Part shown: positions 1 through 11,333 of the stretch, in pieces
Layout: each line of letters starts with the position of its first letter
How positions within the stretch are numbered: position 1 is the first letter of the stretch
NCBI GenBank assembly: GCA_977017645.1
Contig: CDRNVU010000224.1
Span: 992,001-1,056,000 of the forward strand
Source: Torpedo marmorata
Taxonomy: Eukaryota
Direction of reading: 5' to 3'
DNA length: 64,000 nt
Translations under genes and position numbers: made by a program
Notes under the pieces: model-generated
Seen by the model: the letters and a program-made list of their open reading frames with translations, nothing else
What the model was told of the DNA's origin: nothing
Database searches by the model: none

Positions 1-1127
1 GTGATCCTGGATTGAATCTGTTCCCGGAATGAGTGTGATCCTGGATTGAATCTGTTCCCGGAATGAGTGTGATCCTGGATTGAATCAGTTCCAGGAATGA
101 GTGTGATCCTGGATTGAGTCTGTTCCCGAATGAGTGTGATCCATGATTGAGTCTGTTCCCGGAATGAGAGTGATCCTGGATTGAATCCGTTCCCGGAATG
201 AGTGTGATCCTGGATTGAGTCTGTTCCCGGAATGAGTGTGATCCTGGATTGAGTCTGTTCCCGGAATGAGTGTGATCCTGGATTGTAACTGTTCCCGGAA
301 TGAGTGTGATCCTGGATTGAGTCTGTTCCGAAATTAGTGTGATCCTGGATTGAGTCTGTTCCCGGAATGAGTGTGATCCTGGATTGAATCTGTTCCCGGA
401 ATGGGTGTGATCCTGGATTGAATCTTTTCCCGGAATGAGTGTGATCCTGGATTGAGTCTGTTCCCGGAATGAGTGTGATCCTGGATTGAATCTTTTCCCG
501 GAATGTGTGTGATCCTGGATTGAATCTGTTCCCGGAATGAGTGTGATCCTGGATTGAGTCTGTTCCCGGAATAAGTGTGATCCTGGATTGAGTCTGTTCC
601 CGGAATGGGTGTGATCCTGGATTGCGTCTGTTCCCGGAATGAGTGTGATCCTGGATTGAGTCTGTTCCCGGAATAAGTGTGATCCTGGATTGCGTCTTTT
701 CCCGGAATGAGTGTGATCCTGGATTGAGTCTGTTCCCGGAATGAGTGTGATCCTGGATTGAGTCTGTTCCCGGAATGAGTGTGATCCTGGATTGAGTCTG
801 TTCCCGGAATAAGTGTGATCCTGGATTGAGTCTTTTCCCGGAATGAGTGTGATCCTGGATTGAGTCTGTTCCCGGAATAAGTGTGATCCTCGATTGAGTC
901 TGTTCCCGGAATGAGTGTGATCCTGGATTGAGTCTGTTCCCGGAATGAGTGTGATCCTGGATTGAGTCTGTTCCCGGAATAAGTGTGATCCTGGATTGAG
1001 TCTGTTCCCGGAATGAGTGTGATCCTGGATTGAGTCTGTTCCCGGAATAAGTGTGATCCTGGATTGAGTCTTTTCCCGGAATAAGTGTGATCCTGGATTC
1101 AGTCTGTTCCCGGAATAAGTGTGATCC
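1..1127 (+). repeat. Homogeneous 34-bp dimer array (GAGTGTGATCCTGGATT-GAGTCTGTTCCCGGAAT)n, ~33 units, left end outside the window
   Basis: Near-perfect 34-nt tandem units read directly. The array ends at GATCCAAAAAAGAGTC (~1123-1138). Confidence 0.96.
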
Positions 1128-4100
1128 AAAAAAGAGTCTGTCCCTGGAGTGAGTGTGAACCTGGAAGGAGTGCATTCCCGGAGTGAATCTATACCTTGAT
1201 TGAGTCTGAACGCGGATTGAGTCTGTTTATAGAGTGAGTCTGTACCCGGAGTGAGAATGATCCCGTTGTTAGACTGTTCCCGCAGTGATAATGTTGCTAG
1301 ACTGAGTCTAATCCCGGAGTGAGTCTGAACTGGTGTGAGTCCTTACCAGATTGTGTCTGTTCCCGGAGTGAGTCGGTTCCCCGAGTGAATCTGTTTCCGG
1401 AGTGAGTGTGTTCTCGGAGTGAGTTTGTTCCTGGAGTGACTCTGATCCCAGAGTGAAATAGTTCCTGGAGTGTAACAGATACCGGAGTGAGTCTGTTTCC
1501 CGATGTGAGCCAGATTCCAGAGTGCGTTCGTTTCCCGGAGTGCGTCTGATCCCGCAGAAAATCTTTTCCTGAGCTGAATCTGTTTCTGAAGTGAGTGTGA
1601 TCCTGGAGTGATACCGTCCCCGGAATGAGTCTGATCCCGCAGTGATTCTGATCCCGGAGTGAGACTGATCCCAGATTGATACTGATCCCAGAGTGAGTCT
1701 GTTCCCAGAGTGAAACTGTTTCCGGAGTGAGTCTGTTCCTGGAGTGACTCTGGTCCCGGAGTGAAATAGTTCGCGGAGTGAAACAGATCCCGGAGTGAGT
1801 CTGTTTCCCGATGTCAGTCAGATCCCAGAGTGCGTCTGATCCCGCAGAAAATCTTTTCCTGAGCTGAATCGGTTTCTGGAGTGACTGTGATCCTGGAGTG
1901 AGTCTGAACCCGGATTGAGTCTTTTTCTGAAGTGTGTTCGTACTCAGATTGAGTCTGTTCACGCATTCAGTCCGACGCCAGAGTGAGTCTGTTCCCGGAG
2001 TGAGCGTGATCCTGGAGTGAGTCCGTAACCGGAATGAGTCTGATCCCGGAGTGAGCGTGATCCTGGAGTGAGTCCGTAACCGGAATGAGTCTGATCCCTG
2101 AGTGATTCTGTTCCCGGATTGAGTGTGATCCTGGATTGAGTCTGTTCCTGGAATGAATGCGATCCTGGCGTGAGTACATTCCCGGTGTGGGTCTATTCCT
2201 TGCGTGGTTCTAGACCCGGATTGAGTCTCTTTGTGGAGTGAGTCCGTACTGGAGTGAGTCTGCTCCCGGAGAGATTGTGTTGCCAGAGTGAGTCTGAACC
2301 GGAGTGAGTCTGTTCCTGGAGTGAATCTGTTACCGGAGTGAGTCTGAACCGGAGTGAGTTTGTTCCCAGAGGGCGTTTCGTCCCAGACTGAGTCTTTACT
2401 CGAGTGAGTCTTTCCCCTGAGTGAGCTTGATACCGGCGTGAGATATTTCCCGGAGTGAGACCGATATCGGAGTGAATCTGTTTCCTGGTGTGAGTCAGAT
2501 CCCAGAGTGAGTCAGTTTTCTGGGGTGAGTCTGATCCCGGAGTGAGTCTGCTCCTGGATTGAGCCTTTTTTCTGAAGTGTGTTCGTTCTCAGAGTGAGTA
2601 TGTTCCCGCATTCAGTCCGACGCCAGAGTGAGTCTGTTCCCGGAGTGAGCGTGATACTGGAGTGAGGCCGCAACCGGAATGAGTCTGATCCCGGAGTGAT
2701 TCTGAACCCGGAGTGAGTCTGATCTCAGAGTGGTACTGATCCCGGAGTGAGTCTGTTCCCCACGTGGATCTGTTTCCGGAGAGAGTCTTTTCCCGGAGTG
2801 AATCTGCTCCCGGAATGAGTCTGATGCAGGTGTGAAATAGTTCCTGGAGTGTAACAGATACCGGAGTGAGTCTGTTTCCCGATGTGAGTCAGTTTCCAGA
2901 GTGAGTTCGTTTCCCGGAGTGCGTCTGATCCCACAGAAATTATTTTCCTGAGCTGAATCTGTTTCTGGAGTGAGTGTGATCCTGGAGTGAGTCGGAACCC
3001 GGATTGAGTATTTTTCTGAAGTGTGTTCGTACTCAGAGTGAGTCTGTTCGCGCATTCATTCCGACGCCAGAGTGAGTCTGTTGCTGGAGTGAACGTGATC
3101 CTGGAGTGAGGCCGTAACCGGAATGAGTCTGATCCCGGAGTGATTCTGATCCCGGAGTGAGTCTGATCTCAGAGTAGTACTGATCCCGGAGTGAGTCTGT
3201 TCCCCAAGTGAATCTGTTTCCGGAGTGAGTGTGTTCTCGGAGTGAGTTTGTTCCTGGAGTGACTCTGATCCCAGAGTGAAATAGTTCCTGGAGTGTAACA
3301 GATACCGGAGTGAGTCTGTTTCCCGATGTGAGCCAGATTCCAGAGTGCGTTCGTTTCCCGGAGTGCGTCTGATCCCGCAGAAAATCTTTTCCTGAGCTGA
3401 ATCTGTTTCTGAAGTGAGTGTGATCCTGGAGTGATACCGTCCCCGGAATGAGTCTGATCCCGCAGTGATTCTGATCCCGGAGTGAGACTGATCCCAGATT
3501 GATACTGATCCCTTGAGTGAGTCTGTTCCCCGAGTGAAACTGTTTCCGGAGTGAGTCTGTTCTCGGAGTGAGTCTGTTCCTGGAGTGACTCTGATCCCGG
3601 AGTGAAATAGTTCGCAAAGTGAAACAGATCCCGGAGTGAGTCTGTTTCCCGATGTCAGTCAGATCCCAGAGTGCGTCTGTTTCCCGGAGTGCATCTGATC
3701 CCGCAGAAAATCTTTTCCTGAGCTGAAACGGTTTCTGGAGTTAGTCTGATCCTGGAGTGAGTCTGAACCCGGATTGAGTCTTTTTCTGAAGTGTGTTCGT
3801 ACTCAGAGTGAGTCTGTTCCCGCATTCAGTCCGACGCCAGAGTGAGTCTGTTCCCGGAGTGATCGTGATCCTGGAGTGAGTCCGTAACCGGGATGAGTCT
3901 GATCCCGGAGTCAAGTAGTTCCCGGAGTGAAACAGATCCCGGAGTGAATCTGTTTCCTGGTGTGAGTCAGCACCCAGAGTGTGTCAGTTTGATGTAGTGA
4001 GTCTGTTCCCGGAGTGTGTGTGATCCTGGATTGAGTCTGCTCCCGGAGTGAGTCTGATCCCAGAGTGGTACTGATCCCGGAGTGAGTCTGTTCTGCGAAT

Positions 4101-5960
4101 GAATCTGTTTCCTGAGTGAGTCTGTTCTCGGGGTGAGTCTGTTTCCGGAGTCTGTCCAACGCTAGAGTGAGTTTGATCCCGGTTGGAGTCTGTTTCCGGA
4201 GTGAATGTGATCCAAGAGTGAGTTCGTACCGGAAAGAGTCTGATTCCAGAGTGATTCTGATCCGCGATTGAGTCTGATCACAGAGTGGTACTGATCCCGG
4301 GGTGCGTCGGTTCCGAGTGAATCTGTTTCCGGAGTGAGTCTGCTCTCAGAGTGAGTATGTTCCCTCAGTGAGTCTGATCCTGTAGTGAGATAGTTCCCGG
4401 AGTGAGACCGAGCCCGGAGTAAATCTGTTGACAAGTGTGAGTCAGATCCAAGAGTGAGTCAGTTTGCTGGAGTAAGCCTGATCTCGGTGTGAGTCTATCC
4501 TGGATTGAGTCTGCTCCCGGAATGAGTGTGATCCTGGATTGAGTCTGTTCCCGGAATGAGTGTGATCCTGGATTGAGTCTGTTCCCGGAATTGAGTGTGA
4601 TCCTGGATTGAATCTGTTCCCGGAATGAGAGTGATCCTGGATTGGGTCTGTTCCCGGAATGAGTGTGATCCTGGATTGAGTCTGTTCCCGGAATGAGTGT
4701 GATCCTGGATTGAATCTGTTCCCGGAATGAGTGTGATCCTGGATTGAATCTGTTCCCGGAATGAGTGTGATCCTGGATTGAATCTGTTCCCGGAATGAGT
4801 GTGATCCTGGATTGAATCTGTTCCCGGAATGAGTGTGATCCTGGATTGAGTCTTTTCCCGGAATGAGTGTGATCGTGGATTGAGTCTGTTCCCGGAATGA
4901 TTGTGATCCTGGATTGAGTCTGTTCCCGGAATGTGTGTGATCCTGGATTGAGTCTGTTCCCGGAATGAGTGTGATCCTGGATTGAATCTGTTCCCGGAAT
5001 GAGAGTGATCCTGGATTGGGTCTGTTCCCGGAATGAGTGTGATCCTGGATTGAGTCTGTTCCCGGAATGAGTGTGATCCTGGATTGAGTCTGTTCCCGGA
5101 ATGAGTGTGATCCTGGATTGAATCTGTTCCCGGAATGAGTGTGATCCTGGATTGAATCTGTTCCCGGAATGAGTGTGATCCTGGATTGAATCTGTTCCCG
5201 GAATGAGTGTGATCCTGGATTGAATCTGTTCCCGGAATGAGTGTGATCCTGGATTGAGTCTTTTCCCGGAATGAGTGTGATCGTGGATTGAGTCTGTTCC
5301 CGGAATGATTGTGATCCTGGATTGAGTCTGTTCCCGGAATGAGTGTGATCCTGGATTGAATCTGTTCCCGGAATGAGTATGATCCTGGATTGAGTCTGTT
5401 CCGAAATGAGTGTGATCCTGGATTGAGTCTGTTCCCGGAATGAGTGTGATCCTGGATTGAATCTGTTCCCGGAATGGGTGTGATCCTGGATTGAATCTGT
5501 TCCCGGAATGAGTGTGATCCTGGATTGAGTCTGTTCCCGGAATGAGTGTGATCCTGGATTGAATCTTTTCCCGGAATGAGTCTGATCCTGGATTGAATCT
5601 GTTCCCGGAATGAGTGTGATCCTGGATTGAGTCTGTTCCCGGAATAAGTGTGATCCTGGATTGAGTCTGTTCCCGGAATGAGTGTGATCCTGGATTGCGT
5701 CTGTTCCCGGAATGAGTGTGATCCTGGATTGAGTCTGTTCCCGGAATGAGTGGGATCCTGGATTGAGTCTGTTCCCGGAATGAGTGTGATCCTGGATTGA
5801 GTCTGTTCCCGGAATGAGTGTGATCCTGGATTGAGTCTGTTCCCGGAATAAGTGTGATCCTGGATTGAGTCTTTTCCCGGAATAAGTGTGATCCTGGATT
5901 GAGTCTGTTCCCGGAATAAGTGTGATCCTGGATTGAGTCTGTTCCCGGAATAAGTGTGAT
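1126..5960 (+). repeat. One unit of a ~4,835-bp superrepeat (diverged 17-mer block plus 34-bp dimer array); the next copy starts at 5961 and stays collinear to ~8100
   Basis: Sequence after 1126 matches sequence after 5961 nearly base for base. ORF-track twins 1967..2179 and 6802..7014 are offset by 4835, and 2612..3055 and 7496..7939 by 4884 (after a 49-bp internal duplication near 7140-7230). Confidence 0.9.
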
Positions 5961-5962
5961 CC
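4491..5962 (+). repeat. Second homogeneous 34-bp dimer array, ~43 units
   Basis: Same 34-mer as 1-1127. It ends in the identical GATCCAAAAAAGAGTCTGTCCCTGG junction (CCAAAAAA at 5961 versus 1126). Confidence 0.96.
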
Positions 5963-8900
5963 AAAAAAGAGTCTGTCCCTGGAGTGAGTGTGAACCTGGA
6001 AGGAGTGCATTCCCGGAGTGAATCTATACCTTGATTGAGTCTGAACGCGGATTGAGTCTGTTTATAGAGTGAGTCTGTACCCGGAGTGAGAATGATCCCG
6101 TTGTTAGACTGTTCCCGCAGTGATAATGTTGCTAGACTGAGTCTAATCCCGGAGTGAGTCTGAACTGGTGTGAGTCCTTACCAGATTGTGTCTGTTCCCG
6201 GAGTGAGTCGGTTCCCCGAGTGAATCTGTTTCCGGAGTGAGTGTGTTCTCGGAGTGAGTTTGTTCCTGGAGTGACTCTGATCCCAGAGTGAAATAGTTCC
6301 TGGAGTGTAACAGATACCGGAGTGAGTCTGTTTCCCGATGTGAGCCAGATTCCAGAGTGCGTTCGTTTCCCGGAGTGCGTCTGATCCCGCAGAAAATCTT
6401 TTCCTGAGCTGAATCTGTTTCTGAAGTGAGGGTGATCCTGGAGTGATACCGTCCCCGGAATGAGTCTGATCCCGCAGTGATTCTGATCCCGGAGTGAGAC
6501 TGATCCCAGATTGATACTAATCCCAGAGTGAGTCTGTTCCCAGAGTGAAACTGTTTCCGGAGTGAGTCTGTTCCTGGAGTGACTCTGGTCCCGGAGTGAA
6601 ATAGTTCGCGGAGTGAAACAGATCCCGGAGTGAGTCTGTTTCCCGATGTCAGTCAGATCCCAGAGTGCGTCTGATCCCGCAGAAAATCTTTTCCTGAGCT
6701 GAATCGGTTTCTGGAGTGACTGTGATCCTGGAGTGAGTCTGAACCCGGATTGAGTCTTTTTCTGAAGTGTGTTCGTACTCAGATTGAGTCTGTTCCCGCA
6801 TTCAGTCCGACGCCAGAGTGAGTCTGTTCCCGGAGTGAGCGTGATCCTGGAGTGAGTCCGTAACCGGAATGAGTCTGATCCCGGAGTGAGCGTGATCGTG
6901 GTGTGAGTCCGTAACCGGAATGAGTCTGATCCCGGAGTGATTCTGTTCCCGGATTGAGTGTGATCCTGGATTGAGTCTGTTCCTGGAATGAATGCGATCC
7001 TGGCGTGAGTACATTCCCGGTGTGGGTCTATTCCTTGCGTGATTCTAGACCCGGATTGAGTCTCTTTGTGGAGTGAGTCCGTACTGGAGTGAGTGTGCTC
7101 CCGGAGAGATTGTGTTGCCAGAGTGAGTCTGAACCGGAGTGAGTCTGTTCCTGGAGTGAGTCTGTTACCGGAGTGAGTCTGAACCGGAGTGAGTCTGTTC
7201 CTGGAGTGAGTCTGTTACCGGAGTGAGTCTGAACCGGAGTGAGTTTGTTCCCAGAGGGCGTTTGTTCCCAGACTGAGTCTTTACTCGAGTGAATCTTTCC
7301 CCTGAGTGAGCTTGATACCGGCGTGAGATAGTTCCCGGAGTGAGACCGATATCGGAGTGAATCTGTTTCCTGGTGTGAGTCAGATTCCAGAGTGAGTCAG
7401 TTTTCTGGGGTGAGTCTGATCCCGGAGTGAGTCTGCTCCTGGATTGAGCCTTTTTCTGAAGTGTGTTCGTTCTCAGAGTGAGTATGTTCCCGCATTCAGT
7501 CCGACGCCAGAGTGAGTCTGTTCCCGGAGTGAGCGTGATACTGGAGTGAGGCCGCAACCGGAATGAGTCTGATCCCGGAGTGATTCTGAACCCGGAGTGA
7601 GTCTGATCTCAGAGTGGTACTGATCCCGGAGTGAGTCTGTTGCCCAAGTGGATCTGTTTCCGGAGAGAGTCTTTTCCCGGAGTGAATCTGCTCCCGGAAT
7701 GAGTCTGATGCAGGTGTGAAATAGTTCCCGGAGTGTAACAGATACCGGAGTGAGTCTGTTTCCCGATGTGAGTCAGATTCCAGAAAGAGTTCGTTTCCCG
7801 GAGTGCGTCTGAACCCACAGAAAATCTTTTCCTGAACTGAATCTGTTTCTGGAGTGAGTGTGATCCTGGTGTGGGTCGGAACCCGGATTGAGTATTTTTC
7901 TGAAGTGTGTTCGTACTCAGAATGTGTCTGTTCGCGCATTCAGTCCGAAGCCAGAGTGAGTCTGTTGCTGGAGTGAACGTGATCCTGGAGTGAGGCCGTA
8001 ACCGGAATGAGTCTGATCCCGGAGTGATTCTGATCCCGGAGTGAGTCTGATCTCAGAGTAGTACTGATCCCGGAGTGAGTCTGTTCCCCAAGTTAATCTG
8101 TTTCCGGAGAGAGTCCGTTCTAGGAGTGAATCTGTTCCCGGAATGAGTCTGCTGCAGGAGTGAAATAGTTCCCGGAATGAAACAGATCCCGGAGTGAATT
8201 TGCTTCCTGGTGTGAGTCAGATCCCAGAGCGAGTCTGTTTGCTGGAGAGAGTCTAATCCCGGTGTGAGTCTGTTCCTGGATTGTCTTTGCAAGAGTGTGT
8301 ATGATCCTGGAGTGAGTGCATTCCCCCAGCGTGTCCATCAATTGAGTGATTCTGAACCCATAATTTATCTGCTACTGGAGTGAGTCGGTACCTTGAGTGA
8401 ATCTTAACCCAGAGTGAGTCTGTCCCGGAGTGATAATGTTGCCAGAGTGAGTCTGCTCCCGGAGTGAGTGTAATCCTGGTGTGAGTCTGTTCCTCGATTG
8501 AGTCTGTTGTCGGAGTGATTCTGATCCCGGATTGATTCTGTTTCTAGAATTAGTCCGTACCCGGAGTGATTCTGATCCCGTAGTGAGTCTGTTCCCGGAG
8601 TGATAATGTTGCCAGAGTGAGTCGGATCCAGGAGTGAGTCTGAACCGGAGTGAGGCCGTTCCAGAGTAGGTCTGTCCCCGGAGTCAGTCCGACGTCAGTG
8701 TGAGTCTGTTGCCGGTTTGAGTCCTTTCCGGAGTGAGAGTGATCCTGGAGTGATACCGTCCCCGGAATGAGTCTGATCCCGGAGTGATTCTGATGCCGGA
8801 GTGAGACTGATCCCAGATTGATACTGATCCTAAAGTGAGTCTGTTCCCCGAGTGAAACTGTTTCAGAAGTGAGTCTGTTCTCGGAGTGAGTCTGTTCCTG

Positions 8901-9599
8901 GAGTGACTCTGATACCGGAGTGAAATAGTTCCCGGAGTGTAACAGATCCCGGAGTGAGTCTGTTTCCCGATGTCAGTCAGATCCCAGAGTGCGTCTGATC
9001 CCGCAGAAAATCTTTTCCTGAGCTGAATCGGTTTCTGGAGTGAGTCTGATCCTGGAGTGTGTCTAAACCCGGATTGAGTCTTTTTCTGAAGTGTGTTCGT
9101 ACTCAGATTGAGTCTGTTCCCGCATTCAGTCCGACGCCAGAGTGAGTCTGTTCCCGGAGTGAGCGTGATCCTGGAGTGAGTCCGTAACCGGGATGAGTCT
9201 GATCCCGGAGTGAATCTTGTTCCCGGAGTGAGCGTGATCCTGGATTGAGTCTGTTCCTGGAATGAATGCGATCCTGGCGCGAGTACACTCCCGGTGTGCG
9301 TCTATCCCTTGCGTGAATCTCAACCCGGATTGAGTCTCTTTGTGGAGTGAGTCCGTACTGGAGTGAGTGTGCTCCCGGAGAGATTGTGTTGCCAGAGTGA
9401 GTCTGAACCGGAGTGAGTCTGTTCCTGGAGTGAGTCTGTTACCGGAGTGAGTCTGAACCGGAGTGAGTTTGTTCCCAGAGGGCGTTTCGTCCCAGACTGA
9501 GTCTTTACTCGAGTGAGTCTTTCCCCTGAGTGAGTTTGATTCCGGCGTGAGATAGTTCCCGGAGTGAGACCGATATCGGAGTGAATCTGTTTCCTGGTG

Positions 9600-10540
9600 T
9601 GAGTCATATCCCAGAGCGAAACAGTTGGCAAGAGTGAGTCTCATCCCGGAGTGACTGCTCCTGGATTGAGTCTGTTCCCGGAGTGCGTGCGAACATGGGG
9701 TGAGTCGGTACCCAGAATGACTCTGATCCCGGAGTGATTCTGATCCCGGAGTGTGTCTGATCCCAGAGTGGTGCTGATTCCGGAGTGTGTCTGTTCCCCG
9801 AGTGAATCTGTTTCCGGAGTGTGTCTGTTCTCAGAGTGACTCTGAAGCCTGAGTGAGTCTGATACCGGAGTCAAGTCATTCCCGGTGTGAAACCAGTCCC
9901 TGCGTGAATCTGTTTCCTTGTCTGAGTCAGATCCCAGAGTGAGTCAGTTTTCTGGAGTGAGCTTGATACCGCAGTGAGCATGCTCCTGGAGTTAGTCCGT
10001 AACCGGAGTGAGTCTGATCCCAGAGTGGCTCTAATTCCGGAGTGATTCTGATGCCAAAGTTTTATGATCCCGGAGTGCGTCCGTTCACCGAGTAAGTCCG
10101 TTTCCGGAGAGAGTCTGTTGCCAGAGTGAGTCTGAGGCATGAGTGAAATATTTTCCGGAGTGAAACAGAGCCCGGAGTGAATCTATTTCCTGGCGTGAAT
10201 CATATCCCAGAGCGAGTCTGTTTTCTAGAGTGAATCTGATCCCGGAGTGTCTGTTCCTGGATTGAGTCTGTTCCCGGAGTGCGTGCGAACCTGGAGTTAG
10301 TCTGAACCGGTGTGGATCCGTATCCAGAGTGAGGCTGTTCGCGGAGTCAGTCCGAAGTCAGAGTGAGTCTGTTCCCGGTTTGAGTTTGTTCCCGGAGTGA
10401 GTGTGATCCTTGAGTGATTCCGTAACCGGATAGACTCTCATCCCGGTGTGATTCTGATCCCGGAGTAAGTCTGATCCCAAAGTGGTACTGATCCTGGAGT
10501 GTGTCCGTTCGCCGAGTGATTCCGTTTCCGGAGTGAGTCT
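9600..10540 (+). repeat. Transition zone between the left satellite domain and the central HOR domain
   Basis: Left-domain landmarks (CCGCAGAAAATCTTTTCCTGAGC, last at ~9001) stop. Diverged versions of HOR landmarks appear (GGAGTGCGTGCGAAC, GAGGCATGAGTGAAATA, GCCAAAGTTTTATGATCC). Confidence 0.65.
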
Positions 10541-11283
10541 GTTCCTGGAGTGAGTCTGAGGCATGAGTGAAATAGTTCTCGGTGTGAAACAGATCCCGGA
10601 GTGAATCTGTTCCCTGGTGTGGGTCAGATCCCAGAGCGCGTCTGTTTGCTGGTGTGAGTCTGATCCCGGAGTGTCTGTTGCTGGAGGGAGTGCGAACCTG
10701 GAGTGAGTCTGTCCCCGGAATAACTCTGGTCCCGGAGTTATTCTGATCCCGGAGTGAGTGTGATTCTGATCCGGGAGTGAGTCTGATCCCAGAGTGCTGA
10801 TACCGGAGTGTGTCCGTTCCCCGAGTAAATATTTTCCAGGAGTCTCTCTGTTCTCAGAGTGACTCTGAACCCTGAGTGAGTCTGATCCCGGAGTCAAGTA
10901 GTTCCCGGAGTGAAACAGATCCCTGCGTGAATCTGTTTCCTGGTCTGAGTCAGATCCCAGAGTGAGTCAATTTTCTGGAGTGAGTTTGATACCCGAGTAA
11001 GTTTTTTTTTCCTGGATTGAGTCTGTTCCCGCATTCAGTCCGACGCCAGAGTGGGTCTGCTCCCGGAGTGAGCGTGATCCTGGAGTGAGTCCGTAACCGG
11101 TATGAATCTGATCCCGGAGGGATTCTGATCTCAGAGTGAGTCTGATCCCAGAGTGCTACTGATCCCGGAGTAAGACAGTTCCCCAAGTGAATATTTTTCC
11201 GGTGTGTGTCTGATCTCGGAGTGACTCTGTTCCCGGAGTGAGTCTGATCCCGCAGTCAAGTATTTCCCGGAGTGAAACAGATC

Positions 11284-11333
11284 CCGGATTCATTCCGTGT
11301 ACGGACTCACCCCAGTTGCGCACGCACTCCGGA
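11284..11333 (-). repeat. ~50-bp inverted satellite segment (about 3 monomers); first of ~39 copies
   Basis: The reverse complement of CCGGATTCATTCCGTGTACGGACTCACCCCAGTTGCGCACGCACTCCGG is CCGGAGTGCGTGCGCAACTGGGGTGAGTCCGTACACGGAATGAATCCGG. This matches forward satellite such as 21496-21545 (AGTGCGTGCGAACCTGGGGTGAGTCTGTACCCGGAATGACTC). Confidence 0.88.

Noticed and set aside
1-5962. Possible CRISPR array (34-bp repeats with a short palindrome)
   Set aside because: The repeats are head-to-tail with no unique spacers, there are no cas genes, and the context is vertebrate LINEs.
4442-6010. 522-aa and 489-aa overlapping minus-strand ORFs with 34-aa repeats
   Set aside because: A 34-nt unit with no minus-strand stop gives the same 34-aa peptide in all three frames. 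The ORFs overlap, have non-ATG starts, and show no domain or frame preference.
11284-11333. Foreign insertion, tRNA/SINE fragment or MITE within the HOR
   Set aside because: It is fully explained as inverted satellite sequence. There are no pol III A/B boxes, cloverleaf, TIR or TSD.
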